Shown here: positions 1-10,383 of the stretch, one piece after another
Position numbering within the stretch: the stretch's first letter is position 1
Layout of the letters: every line of letters starts with the position of its first letter
DNA from: an uncultured Planctomycetaceae bacterium
GTDB taxonomy: Bacteria > Planctomycetota > Planctomycetia > Planctomycetales > Planctomycetaceae
Length of the DNA: 64,000 nt
Assembly (NCBI GenBank): GCA_963813715.1
Contig: CAWFAK010000012.1
Span: 384,001 to 448,000, forward strand
Reading direction: 5' to 3'
Program-made: the position numbers and the translations under genes
Notes under the pieces: generated by a model
Told to the model about the DNA's origin: nothing
Databases searched by the model: none
What the model saw: the letters and a program-made list of their open reading frames with translations, nothing else

Positions 1-488
1 AGCCCGTAGCCAGCGTCGATCGGCTCGCGGAGAATTTTTTCGGGCGAATGGGCGGCAACTTCTTCGATCTCGGTGCCCCCCTCCGACGACATGATCAGCA
101 CCGGTCCGCCGGCCCCGCGATCGACCACCACGCCGAGATACAGCTCGCGGGCGATCTTCAGTCCCTCTTCGACGAGCAAAACGTTGACCGTTTTGCCGGC
201 GGGGCCAGTTTGCTTGGTGACGAGCGTTTTGCCCAGCATGCGACTGGCGTTTTGCGCGGCCTCTTCGGCCGACTTCACCAGCACCACGCCCCCCTGCTCG
301 GGATACTCTTTGAAGCGTCCCTTGCCGCGTCCGCCGGCATGAATTTGCGATTTGACGACGGCGATCTGCCCGCCCAAATCGCGGAACGCCTGCGCGGCCC
401 CTTCCGCCGATTCGACGACGAATCCGCGGGGGACGGCGATCTTGGCAGCGGCCAGCAGCTGCTTGCCCTGATACTCGTGGATCTTCAT
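1..488 (-). CDS. sucC: Succinyl-CoA synthetase beta subunit, N-terminal part (runs off the window edge)
   Basis: Not in the ORF track. Minus-strand translation from ATG at 488 gives [12 protein letters not shown]...[14 protein letters not shown]...GGV...TLVTKQTG...RELYLG, the characteristic SucC N-terminus. Confidence 0.95.
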   Translation of the reverse strand, partial: MKIHEYQGKQLLAAAKIAVPRGFVVESAEGAAQAFRDLGGQIAVVKSQIHAGGRGKGRFKEYPEQGGVVLVKSAEEAAQNASRMLGKTLVTKQTGPAGKTVNVLLVEEGLKIARELYLGVVVDRGAGGPVLIMSSEGGTEIEEVAAHSPEKILREPIDAGYG

Positions 489-596
489 GAAAATGGTCTC
501 GTCGGCACGGCGCAAGCGGCGCCGAGTGGCAAACAAAATCGGTGGACCGGGAGGCAACGCAGAGCGGCCAGCCGGCCGTGAAGCGTTTCGGCGCGG

Positions 597-1614
597 TTAT
601 GATAGCGGCAAGCGGCGGCGACGGTCCACCGAACGGGCGAACGGCTCAGAATGCCGCCAAAGCTCGGGTGCGGCGGGTCGGCCTGCGGAGATTACGCGGC
701 GCGCTGGAGGGTCCGGTGTCTCCGACGCCTGCAAGTTCAGGCCGTAGTCGCAGTTCCAAAAATAGTCGGCCAATCCATCGCCGAGGACGCGTCTCACCTC
801 GGTCATCATCGCGGCGACGTCGGCCGATTCTTTCCACGACGCATCGAGTACGCCGTCCCGGTCAAGCGGCCGCAGCGGATTGAACCGGCCGCAACCCATC
901 ACGGGCCGCAGGTGGCGGGGACAGGCGAGCCACTGCTGCTGGTCTCGTTCGATCACGGTGAATTCCCGACCGCACCGGCCGCACTGCTTGAGGAAGTTTC
1001 TCGGATTGGCCGGCGGCAACGGATCGAGTCCCAGGAATTCGTAAACCCGAGCCAGCGCGGCGTCGTGCCGGCAGCAGAAATACTCGTGCGTCAGCAAGAG
1101 GCTGGCGTAGCGCGTCGCCAGGATCTCGTGCGTTTGCAGGATCTCTTTGGTCTCGGACAAGCAGCCGCAAAAAGTTCTCGCGCGAGTCGACCCACTCGAC
1201 CCGCCGCGGCTTGTGTCGGCGACGATACGACTCTCGCGAGAGGTGCACGCGGACCGGGTTTCGCACGTAGACGATGAACCGGCTACCGACCGGAAAGTCC
1301 GAGCGCGGGTCCCACATGACGGGATCGAATTCCTGCATCTTGTTGTAGAGCACGACGCGAATCTGATCGATCTGCTTGTTCTGTCGCCCGTCGGCGCGAA
1401 AGACCGACCCTTCGCTGAAGACGGCCGAAAGCCGCCGCTTGTAGTCAAACTGGTGCTCGTTGACGGCAAAGATCTGCGGGTGATAGTGCAGCGCGGCCGC
1501 GATGAAGTTCGTGCCGCCGCGGGCCTGGGCGTAGATGCCGGCAATGCTCGGACGCGGCAGGCGGCGCTCCAGCCGAAAGTCGCGCCATCGCTGAGCCAAG
1601 CGTGACCCGATCAC
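597..1614 (-). CDS. Sulfotransferase-like P-loop protein with a Cys-rich insert (one frameshift near 1155)
   Basis: ORF 862..1614 gives AQARGGTNFI (5'-PSB-like) and YVRNP (3'-PB-like). ORF 597..1544 continues with THEYF...LARVYEFLGL, typical of the sulfotransferase C-terminal half. Confidence 0.6.
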
Positions 1615-1834
1615 GTCAGTCCCTTGCTCGAAGTCTCCAAAAACCGGCTCTGTTCGTGGGGCTGCAATTCGATCGCGCGGTCAGGCAGTCGGATCGCAAC
1701 CAAGCCCGTTCTCGGAAGATGGATAAATCGAAGATGTCGCGGCAACTTGCGCGAAGTGACGCTCCCAGCGGCACGAGGGGACGTCCGTTTGCCGCGGGAG
1801 TCTAATTTTGGAGGCAGTTAGCCGCAACGTCAGT

Positions 1835-2273
1835 TTACGGCGGCGTAATCTTAAGCGGACCTGAATCGCCTCGGGATGCGCGCCAGCGGGCGATCTCCAC
1901 TTGCACATCGACGGGCCGGACACCGTCGGCCGGGCCGCCCGTCGGAGAAAAGTGGGCCGCGCGAATCCGTTCATTCAGCGACTGCAACGCGCGTCGGACC
2001 TGATGCTCGCTGTGCATCGATTGGACGGCTTCGAGCGTGCCGCTCGATGTCGCGCCGCGCCTGCAGGATCGGCGGCAGCACGACGAGCCCCTCTTGCCGC
2101 AGCTTGCTCTTGATCCACCAGTTCTCGTCGTCGGGGCCGTCGATATCGGGGATCGGCTTGCCGAAGCCGGGAAGACGGTCGAACTGGCCCGCGGCCTGGG
2201 CTTCGCGAATCCGGCGTTCGGCCAGCGACTCGAACTTCTCAATTGGCTTTGGCTTGGGGTTGGGCTGCGTCAT
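1835..2273 (-). CDS. DUF1992 (DnaJ-family-associated domain) protein (frameshift near 2038)
   Basis: ERRIREAQAAGQFDRLPGFGKP...ENWWIKSKL...LPP motif; the C-terminus continues in ORF 1835..2242 (LNERIRAAH). Confidence 0.8.
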
Positions 2274-2356
2274 ACGCAGATCCAAGCATCACAGGAAATT
2301 AGGTGACGTCCGCGCACGAACCCACGCCCGGCGAAACTCCGCCGTCCGCCGCCAGC

Positions 2357-3544
2357 TCACTTCACCGAAAGCCGATAAACCGTCGTTTGAGCGTAGGGCT
2401 TCGTCGGCTCCAGCAGCGTGCTGGGGAACGATGGGCGGTTCGGAGAGTCGGGGAAATGCTGGCACTCCAGGCAAAAGCCCGTGTAGGGCTTGAACCCGCC
2501 GTCCTCCGCTTTTCCCGACAGCTGATTGCCGGTGTAGAACTGCACGCCGGGTTCGGTCGTGAGGATTTCCAGCACGCGTCCCGACTGCGGGTCTTCGGCG
2601 CGGACGGCCACCTCTTTGAGAGGGTCTTTGACCTCGTTGAGCGCGTAACAATGGTCGTAGCCCTTGAGGCCGCCTCCGCCATCGACCTCTTTGAGGTGGG
2701 CGCCGATTTTTGACGGGGACAGGAAGTCCATCGGCGTCCCTTTGACGGCCTTCAACTCGCCGGTTGGAATCAGCGTGTCGTCGACGGGGAGGAAACGATC
2801 GGCGTTCATCATCAGCGTGTGATCGAGCACTTGCTGCGTCGGGTCGCCGTGCAGGTTCCAGTAAACGTGGCTCGTGAGATTGATGACGGTTGGCGCGGTC
2901 GAGACGGCGCGGTAATCGATCCGCAGCTCGTTGGTGTCGGTGAGGGTGTAGATCACTGTCGTCTTCACCCCGCCCGGATAACCCTCCTCGCCGTCGCGGC
3001 TCTCGTACATCAACTCCACGCCGGCCGATTTGCCGTCCGACGGCGGCGTGATCGGGCGCGAGTGCCACACGACAAAGCTGAACGACTTGACGCCGCCGTG
3101 CAGCGTGTTGGGCGGATCGTTGATCGCCAGTGTGTACTCCTTGCCATTGAGCTTGAACTTGCCCTTGGCGATACGGTTTGCATAGCGGCCGCAAATCGGC
3201 CCGAAGTAAGGCTGCTTGCCCAGGTAGCCATCGATCGACGGGAAGCCCAGCGTAATGTTGGCCTTCTTCCCGTTGCGATCGGGACAGCTCAGTTCGGTGA
3301 GGGTCGCACCGTAATCGATGATCGAGACGCCCATCCCCTTGTCGTTCGACAGCAAATACCGCGTGATCGGCTGGCCGTCTTTCGAGTCGCCAAATGGCTC
3401 GGATTGAATCAGCACGTGGGGCTCGGAGGGACGGGAGTCCGCCGACGATTTCTTGTCGGGTTCCTTGGGAGGCGGGCTGCTCGTCTCACAGCCGGTCAGT
3501 AGAGCCGCAACCACCAGGACGATGCACGAACGCCGTCTCTGCAT
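2357..3544 (-). CDS. galM: Aldose 1-epimerase (galactose mutarotase), predicted lipoprotein
   Basis: GRYANRI, NTLHGG, NLTSHVYWNL, GYDHCY, GVQFYTGN and CLECQ motifs; N-terminal MQRRR-hydrophobic-LLTGC lipobox. Confidence 0.92.
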   Translation of the reverse strand: MQRRRSCIVLVVAALLTGCETSSPPPKEPDKKSSADSRPSEPHVLIQSEPFGDSKDGQPITRYLLSNDKGMGVSIIDYGATLTELSCPDRNGKKANITLGFPSIDGYLGKQPYFGPICGRYANRIAKGKFKLNGKEYTLAINDPPNTLHGGVKSFSFVVWHSRPITPPSDGKSAGVELMYESRDGEEGYPGGVKTTVIYTLTDTNELRIDYRAVSTAPTVINLTSHVYWNLHGDPTQQVLDHTLMMNADRFLPVDDTLIPTGELKAVKGTPMDFLSPSKIGAHLKEVDGGGGLKGYDHCYALNEVKDPLKEVAVRAEDPQSGRVLEILTTEPGVQFYTGNQLSGKAEDGGFKPYTGFCLECQHFPDSPNRPSFPSTLLEPTKPYAQTTVYRLSVK

Positions 3545-3939
3545 GACGATCACCCCGCGAAGCGTGCGCCCGCGAGCCGACGGCACGCCGGGCCGACAGT
3601 CGCTCACGCCAAGCGGTATCTTGGGGAACGATGCGTGGGGATTCAAGCGACCTCGCGTTCGGCCCTCAATGCGGCGGCGAATCCTTCCGGCGTGCACACT
3701 GATTTGAAGCCGTCTTGAGCCGGCCCCGCAAGTCGACTCGATTCGCCCCCGTCGGCGGCAGCGAAAACGAATCTCTGTGGTCGGCGGGTTGGAGAAATGC
3801 GTAGAATTGCCAGAGTTTTCCCAGGCGGTTTTCGCGAGTTTCGGCAGTCCCTCACGGATTGCCCCAACACCGGCACTTTATGGTTCGTAGGTCCTTATGA
3901 ATGCGAACCATCCAAGCGAGCCGGTCCGACAGGAAGCTA

Positions 3940-4614
3940 ATGTCGGACTCTGAACTCTTCACGAGCAGTCCGCAAAACGATGCGACTGGGGTCAGCGATG
4001 CCCGGCTCGTTGAGGACGCTCGTCGCGGAAACCGTGACGCCTTCGGGACTTTGGTCCAACGTTACGAGCGGCGGCTGGTTCGGGTCATTCTCCGATTTGT
4101 GTCGGATGTTGAACTGGCAAAAGACCTTGCGCAAGAGACTTTCCTCCGCGCCTACGTTCGATTCGATCAATTCGACCCATCCCGCCGGTTCGGACCTTGG
4201 TTGTTCCGCATCGGCGTGAATTTGACCTTCGATCATCTCCGCCGGCGTCGCCGACGGGGGAAATTGGCCCTGTTCACCGACTATTGGAGCTCGGGGAATG
4301 CCGACCCGCAGGTCGACGACCCGCGGGGCAGCCTGGACACTCGGCAAGAAGTTGAACTGGTTTTGACCCAGGTTCCTGAGAAATACCGGACGGTCCTCAT
4401 TCTCCGCGACATGGAGAATTTTTCGACCTCGGAAATTGCCGCCATCCTCAATCGCAAGGAAGCGACGATCCGCTGGCGGCTGGCCGAGGCCCGCAACATG
4501 TTTCAGCGATTGTGGACCAAACGACAGGGGATCGCCGCGAGTACTGAAGAGAAGCCGACGAACAGTCCCAACGAAGACAAGCCGAGTAAAGATCGAGCGA
4601 ACGAGGATAAGTGA
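3940..4614 (+). CDS. ECF-type sigma-70 factor
   Basis: Region 2 DLAQETFLRAY...FGPWLFRI and region 4 YRTVLILRDMENFSTSEIAAIL...TIRWRL. Confidence 0.92.
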   Translation: MSDSELFTSSPQNDATGVSDARLVEDARRGNRDAFGTLVQRYERRLVRVILRFVSDVELAKDLAQETFLRAYVRFDQFDPSRRFGPWLFRIGVNLTFDHLRRRRRRGKLALFTDYWSSGNADPQVDDPRGSLDTRQEVELVLTQVPEKYRTVLILRDMENFSTSEIAAILNRKEATIRWRLAEARNMFQRLWTKRQGIAASTEEKPTNSPNEDKPSKDRANEDK

Positions 4615-4619
4615 GAGTC

Positions 4620-5135
4620 ATGAATTGCAAACAGGCCCAGGGGAAACTGGCCCTCTTGATTGGCAGCGACCTGGATGTGTCGGCCATCGCAGAGGTGCAA
4701 AAACACGTGAGTCAATGTGCCGGCTGCCGGGAACGCCTGCAGCAGTTGTCGTCATGCTTGGAGGTTTTGCAGGTGCCAGCGGCCGGCACATTTCTTGGTG
4801 ACGGCGAGAGCCTGTGGCCGCGGATCTCCGTGCGACTGGCCTCTCCCATGGCCGGCCAGAAGCCGCATCGATTGAGCGGCTGGGCCCCGACGCTGGCGGT
4901 CGCCGCCGCGTGCGCGGCAATGTTTTGGGTCGCCTCGTACCAATTCGTGGGCGATTCGGCGCCGAGCGGTGTCTCCTTGCCCGGCGCTCCGATCCAGCAA
5001 ATCAACAATGGTCTCGAGCGCCAGTACAATGGCCTCGATCGTCGGTACCCGGTGCGAGTCCAGCCGATTAATGGCCACGCCGAACCGCCTCGCCACCAGG
5101 GCGACGCGTCCGGTACAATGCGCTGGATCGATTGA
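4620..5135 (+). CDS. Zinc-binding (ZAS/zf-HC2) anti-sigma factor with one TM helix
   Basis: MNC...HVSQCAGC (HxxxCxxC) and hydrophobic LAVAAACAAMFWV; lies directly downstream of the ECF gene. Confidence 0.85.
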   Translation: MNCKQAQGKLALLIGSDLDVSAIAEVQKHVSQCAGCRERLQQLSSCLEVLQVPAAGTFLGDGESLWPRISVRLASPMAGQKPHRLSGWAPTLAVAAACAAMFWVASYQFVGDSAPSGVSLPGAPIQQINNGLERQYNGLDRRYPVRVQPINGHAEPPRHQGDASGTMRWID

Positions 5136-5205
5136 CGAGGCCGGTTGGCCGCGGAAGTGAAACGCCGGCTTCGTCCACACCCAGGAAGAAGCGGAGTTTC
5201 CGCCG

Positions 5206-5430
5206 ATGCCCCTCTTCGAGTACCGGTGCACGCACTGCCAACACGAGTTCGAGGCCTTGGTCCGTGACGCGACCTGGCCCGCGTGTCCCGAGTGCGGGGC
5301 TGCTCAGCCCGAAAAGCTGCTGAGCGCCGTCTCCGCTCGTGTTTCCGGCTCGGGCTCGTTGCCAATCTCAGCTGCGTGCCCTCCGTCAGACGCACCGCCT
5401 TGCGGCCCCGGTTGCTGCCGGCTGCGATGA
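5206..5430 (+). CDS. FmdB-family zinc-ribbon protein
   Basis: MPLFEYRCTHC...FEAL...CPECG...EKLLS with a Cys-rich tail. Confidence 0.9.
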   Translation: MPLFEYRCTHCQHEFEALVRDATWPACPECGAAQPEKLLSAVSARVSGSGSLPISAACPPSDAPPCGPGCCRLR

Positions 5431-6369
5431 TTCGCATCGCACCCGCCCCTCCGCGGGAATACGAAGCGGCCCTCGATCTGCTCTTTGATCGCCTCTCGCC
5501 GGCCGAGCGCAAAATCACCATTAGGGACGTCCTCCGCTCGCTGACGTCCGACCGAATCATTCGACACGGGCTGCTGGCTGCCTGGAAAGGCCCCAAGCTC
5601 GTCGGGACGACGCTCTACGCGATCCAGCGCGACCACACGGCCTTTGTGTGGCCTCCGCGGCTCCGATCCGAGGAAGCGGATCCGTCGATTGCCGACGCGC
5701 TCGTCGCCGCGCTGGTGGCGGGCGTCGATGCGGCCTCAGCCTGGATCGCACAAGCGCTGCTCGATCCGGCCGCCCGCGATGAAGCCGAGGCACTCGACCG
5801 CAACGGTTTCCAACATCTGACGGACTTGCGGTTCCTGGTGCATACACTGGGCGAGCCCTTACAGCCGCTGGCAGCGGGCGGAGCACGGCCGGCGATCGTC
5901 ACGTACGAGCCCGGCGTGCACGAAGAACGATTCGCGAAGCTGCTCGAGAAGACGTATGTCGGCACGCGTGATTGCCCGGAGGTCGGCGGCCGGCGACACG
6001 GGGGCCGACGCACTGGTCAGCCATCGCATGTCGGGCGAGTTCGAGCCGTCGCGCTGGAAGCTGTACCGCGCCGGCGGCAAGGATGCCGGCGTGCTTTTGC
6101 TCAACGCGCACCCGGAGCACGCGGCGTGGGAAGTGGTTTACGTCGGCGTGGCCCACGATTCCCGCGGTTTGGGGCTCGGTCGAAGGATGGTGGCCGACGC
6201 GCTCGCCGCGGCACAAGGCGCGGGACAGTCGGCGCTGTTGTTGGCGGTCGACAGTCGAAACGACTACGCGAGCAAGGTTTATGACGAGCTGGGATTCGTC
6301 GAGACCGATCGCAAGGGCGTGCACGTTTATTTCCCAAACGCGAGTCAAAGTTCGTCCGCGCGGCGTTAA
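5427..6369 (+). CDS. Tandem-domain GNAT acetyltransferase (MshD-like architecture; frameshift near 5995)
   Basis: ATGA overlap with the FmdB gene. C-terminal YVGVAHDSRGLGLG...LAVDSRN...YDELGF acetyl-CoA motifs; the N-terminal half is in ORF 5283..6284. Confidence 0.8.
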
Positions 6370-6810
6370 TCGACACGCGGTTCACACTCGGTCGCGCGCT
6401 CTCAAAAAATTTTCGAGAGGCCCGAACTTGGGGACTCCTCGGAAGATTCGTGGCATTGCCGATTCGATCCGCGCGCGTCGGTGAAGATTTCGAATCGTTT
6501 TCGTTTGACATGAGAAAGCGTCCCGATACGATCGCTTACCTGAGTGAGTGAGTTTCGAGCGGCGACACGGTGCCAACAGTTCGCGGCTCGATTCTGCTTT
6601 TCGCAACGGACCGATCGCGTTTCTTCACCGTCGGCCGCCCGCAGTGCGGCAACGGAGTGCTGTCGTCTTGCCGGGGGACCCGCTTTCGAACAGCGAGAGT
6701 CTGCGCAGGGAATGGCCGGATTTCTCGATGCGTGTTCGAACCTTCTAGGGACTTCCCTCCCGCATCCGGTACAGGCCGGCACAGAAGAGGTGCGCTCATA
6801 GGGGGGTGGC

Positions 6811-8572
6811 ATGATGCAGCCCGGCGACACGGCGGTTGCAGCTTCCGCGCGCGAGAAGACGAGATTCTGCGCGAGTTTGAACGGCGGGTCGGTTCTCGGA
6901 CATTTAACCTTTGGGTTCGCGACAACGCCTCGATCGAGATTGCCCAAGACCAGGTCACGCTCAACGTCCACAACAAGTTCTTGCTGAGCTGGCTGCAACA
7001 GCGGTATCGATCTGACATCGTTGCCGCCGTGCGGACTGTCCTCGGCAACGAAGCCGAGGTGCAGTTTCACGAGCTGACCGTCGCGCAGACGATTGCTGCG
7101 CCGAATCCCGCCCCGCACGTGGCAGCCGACATTCCGTGCGAAGCGCGAACTCGACCGATCGACCGCCCGCATTCGAGCGCCCACCGGAATGATTCGTCGT
7201 GGCGCAGCCGAGTCGCGCGGACCGAGCGCTTCCGCCGGCGAGTCGCGCGGTCCGAGCCCTTCCACCGGGTTGAGCCCGTGCTCCAAGGGGCTGTTCGTCG
7301 ATCCCAGCCCGCTGGCGGCGATTTCGACGGCTAAGCTGGCCGTGGCCCGCGCAGCACCAAAACCCCCGCAGCACTCAGGATCGGGGCAGCATTCGCCGTG
7401 AGCAGAAGCCGAGTGGCGAGGAGGCTTCGCGCGCCGCGGCAGCTGCTCCGGCCGGTTCGGCCTCGAAGAGCGCGCCCTCTCAGAGCCCGCTCTCGAACGG
7501 CCCGTCGACGACCACTCCGGTCCCTCCCTCCTCTAAACGTCGCTTCGCCGACTTGACCGATTTTGTCACGGGGCCCGGGAACCAACTGGCCTTTACCGCG
7601 GCCCTGCAGATCTGCGAACAGCCAGGGGGTTACAACCCGCTCGTACTGCACGGGGGTGTCGGCATTGGCAAGACCCACCTGCTCGAGGGCGTCTATCGCC
7701 GGATGCGGATCCGCTACCCCTCGTTCCGCGTGATGTTCCTCTCCGCCGAGTCGTTTGCCAACTATTTCACGCAGGCCCTCCGCGATCGCACGCTGGCCAG
7801 CTTTCGGCAGCGGTTCCGGGGCGTCGACGTGCTGATGATCGACGACGTCGATTTCTTGGATGGTAAACGCGTCATCCAGGAAGAATTCCTGCACACGATC
7901 AAGCAGCTCGAGTCGCACGGCCGTCAGGTGGCCCTCACCGCCGATCGCCATCCGCGGCTGTTGACTCGATTGAGCGAGGAACTGGTGACGCGGTTTATGT
8001 CGGGCATTGTGTGCCGGATCGAATCGCCCGACGTCGACACGCGTCGGGCCATCGTCGCCCGCAAGGCGGCCCGCTTGACCGCCCGCGTCACCGACGAGGC
8101 CATCGAGTTTGTCGTGCAGCGCTTCCCGCAGAGCGTGCGCGAACTGGAGGGAGCCCTCAACTTCCTCGAAACGTACGGGCTGATGACGGGCAAAACGATC
8201 ACCCATTCAATCGCCCGGAATGTGCTGGCGGACCTCGAGCGGGACTGCGTGCGGATCGTGCGCGTCGCGGAAGTCGAGCAGGCCGTTTGCCGCCTGTTCT
8301 CGATCGGCCCGAACGATTTGCGTTCGCCCCGCCGCACGCGGACGGTCAGCCAGCCTCGGATGCTGGCGATGTACCTGGCCCGCAAGATGACGCAGGCAGC
8401 CTACACAGAAATCGGCGAGCATTTCGGCGGCCGCAACCACAGCACGGTGATGTCGGCCGAAAAGCGGGTCCGCTCCCTGCTGGAAGCCAACGCCACGGTG
8501 AAGGCCGGCACCCAGGAATGGAAGCTGGGCGACTTGCTGGCGTCGCTCGAGCAGCAGCTACTGACGGGGTGA
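6811..8572 (+). CDS. dnaA: Chromosomal replication initiator DnaA (probably a paralogue); several frameshifts in domains I-II
   Basis: Domain I (FNLWVRD...VHNKFLLSWLQQRY) in ORF 6570..7334. AAA+ YNPLVLHGGVGIGKTHLL, LMIDDV, QEEFLH, SVRELEG and domain IV AMYLAR...IGEHFGGRNHSTV in ORF 7553..8572. Start is uncertain. Confidence 0.9.
7209..7268 (+). repeat. 2 x 30 bp tandem repeat in the DnaA domain II linker
   Basis: cgagtcgcgcggaccgagcgcttccgccgg / cgagtcgcgcggtccgagcccttccaccgg (3 mismatches). Confidence 0.85.
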
Positions 8573-8576
8573 GTTT

Positions 8577-8609
8577 GGGTGGCTGGGGTCGAGCGAAGCG
8601 AGCCCCCAG
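8577..8609. repeat. REP-like extragenic hairpin, family A copy 1
   Basis: gggtggctggggtcgagcgaagcgagcccccag; its reverse complement matches the ends of the element at 35025-35061. Confidence 0.7.
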
Positions 8610-8710
8610 TGACTTCCGCGCCCAATAACCTCCGCGGTCGGCGCCCATCGAGACGCGGCCATGCGTTTGCGCTGCACGGCGGCATGGTGCCCCTTATACT
8701 CGACGTCGAG

Positions 8711-9892
8711 ATGCCACGCCGCGAGTCTGACAATCACTTCGACCTGCTGAGCAGGAAAACGATCGGCGCCGTGCTGCGTCGCGCTCTTCGTCGTCGGCTG
8801 TGCGCATTCTGCGCGCCGGCTCCGGACGAAATTCGCGTCGGGCACTATGCCTCGCTCAGCGGCTCGGAGGCGACCTTCGGCCAATCGACCGACAATGGCA
8901 TTCGGCTAGCGGTCGACGCCATCAATAGGGCCGGCGGCATTCACGGCAAGAAAGTCCGCCTGATCACCTACGACGATCGGGGTGACGCCAAGGAAGCCGG
9001 CACGGCCGTCACGCGGCTCATCAATCGCGACCAGGTCGCAGCCGTACTGGGCGAAGTGGCGTCTGGGCTGTCGCTAGCCGGAGCGCCGATTTGTCAGCAG
9101 AGCGGCATCCCCATGGTCACGCCCTCTTCGGTCGCGCCCGAGATCACGGCCGTGGGCGACCGTATTTTCCGCGTTTGCTTCACGAACCGCTTTCAGGCCT
9201 ACGCCTGCGCAAAATTCGCGCACGACGACCTCAAGGCCCAGACGGCCGCCATCCTCTACGATCAAAAACTCCCCTACTCGGTCGGCCTGGCGGACGAATT
9301 TCAAAAGCAGTTCACCACGCTGGGAGGCCGGATCACCACGCGAGTCTCTTACCAGGAAGGGGACCAGGACTTTTCCGCCCAACTGACTTCAATCCGCGGC
9401 ACCAACCCCGACGTGGTGTTCATCCCCGGCTACTACACCGACGTGGCCAACATCGCCGTCCAAGCCCGCAAGCTAGGTATTCGCGTGCCGCTGTTGGGGG
9501 GTGACGGCTGGGACTCGGCCAAATTGGCGGAGATCGGCGGGGCGGCGATCGAGGGCGCCTATTTCGCGTCGCATTACTGTCAGCAGGATCCCCGCGCCCG
9601 CGTGCAGGAGTTTCTGAAGGATTATCGCACCCAGTTCGGCATTGCGCCCGACGCCATGGCCGCGCTCGGCTTCGACGCAGCAAGCATCTTGTTCGCGGCG
9701 ATGCAACAGGCCCCGTCGCAAGCGGGGGCCGACATCGCCGCAGCGCTGGCTTCGACGAAGAACTTTGACGGAGTGACCGGACGCATTTCGATCGACGCAG
9801 AGCGCAACGCGGTGAAGCCGGCCGTCATTCTGCAAGTCAAGCACGGCGTGCCGATCCTGGCCGCCACGATCGAACCACCGGCTGCGCGCTGA
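8711..9892 (+). CDS. Branched-chain amino acid ABC transporter substrate-binding protein (LivJ/LivK family), orphan
   Basis: IRVGHYASLSG..A.FGQ...INRAGGIHGK...DD...AVLG..ASG...FRVCF...DFSAQL. An alternate frame near 8780-8805 reads VALFVVGC (lipobox), suggesting indels in the signal peptide. Confidence 0.9.
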   Translation: MPRRESDNHFDLLSRKTIGAVLRRALRRRLCAFCAPAPDEIRVGHYASLSGSEATFGQSTDNGIRLAVDAINRAGGIHGKKVRLITYDDRGDAKEAGTAVTRLINRDQVAAVLGEVASGLSLAGAPICQQSGIPMVTPSSVAPEITAVGDRIFRVCFTNRFQAYACAKFAHDDLKAQTAAILYDQKLPYSVGLADEFQKQFTTLGGRITTRVSYQEGDQDFSAQLTSIRGTNPDVVFIPGYYTDVANIAVQARKLGIRVPLLGGDGWDSAKLAEIGGAAIEGAYFASHYCQQDPRARVQEFLKDYRTQFGIAPDAMAALGFDAASILFAAMQQAPSQAGADIAAALASTKNFDGVTGRISIDAERNAVKPAVILQVKHGVPILAATIEPPAAR

Positions 9893-9930
9893 CTCGTTCG
9901 AGACCCTCAAATTCAGAAACCTGCCCGTCG

Positions 9931-10383
9931 ATGGACACTAAGAGCACGCGCTTTGCCGCCTGGCTGGGAACAGTGGTCGTGGTGATCCACGAGATTCCGC
10001 TCATGCTACACGGGATCGCTCACACACAGCTGGGCATTTATCTCCCCTCGGTGCTGGCCAACGTTTACATCGTGCTCGTGCTGTACGCGGCTCCGGTGGT
10101 GGCCGCCGGTTTTTTGTGGGCCAACCGCACGCGGTTCGGGGCGTGGCTGCTGTTGGCGTCGATGGCTGGCTCGCTCGCCTTCGAGGTCTACAATCACTTT
10201 CTCGTGATGAGCGAGGACCACGTCTCGATGGTCCCTGCCGGCACGTGGGGTGACATCTTTCGGGTGACGGCGGTCGCGTCGGTCGTGACCGAGGTGCTGG
10301 CCGGCGTCGCGGCCGTCGTGATTCTCGGATCGGCGCCCCGCACACTGGCGACATCTCCAATGGGTGGGGCTGCTATTAAATGA
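9931..10383 (+). CDS. Hypothetical membrane protein (about 4 TM)
   Basis: Four hydrophobic segments; stop overlaps the ggt start. Confidence 0.7.
   Translation: MDTKSTRFAAWLGTVVVVIHEIPLMLHGIAHTQLGIYLPSVLANVYIVLVLYAAPVVAAGFLWANRTRFGAWLLLASMAGSLAFEVYNHFLVMSEDHVSMVPAGTWGDIFRVTAVASVVTEVLAGVAAVVILGSAPRTLATSPMGGAAIK

Noticed and set aside
6560..6576. TGGCAC-containing motif on the minus strand in the dnaA upstream gap
   Set aside because: Spacing is one base short and it points away from dnaA with no gene to serve.
6370..6810. oriC upstream of dnaA
   Set aside because: No cluster of DnaA boxes or AT-rich unwinding element visible, and no dnaN or gyrB context.
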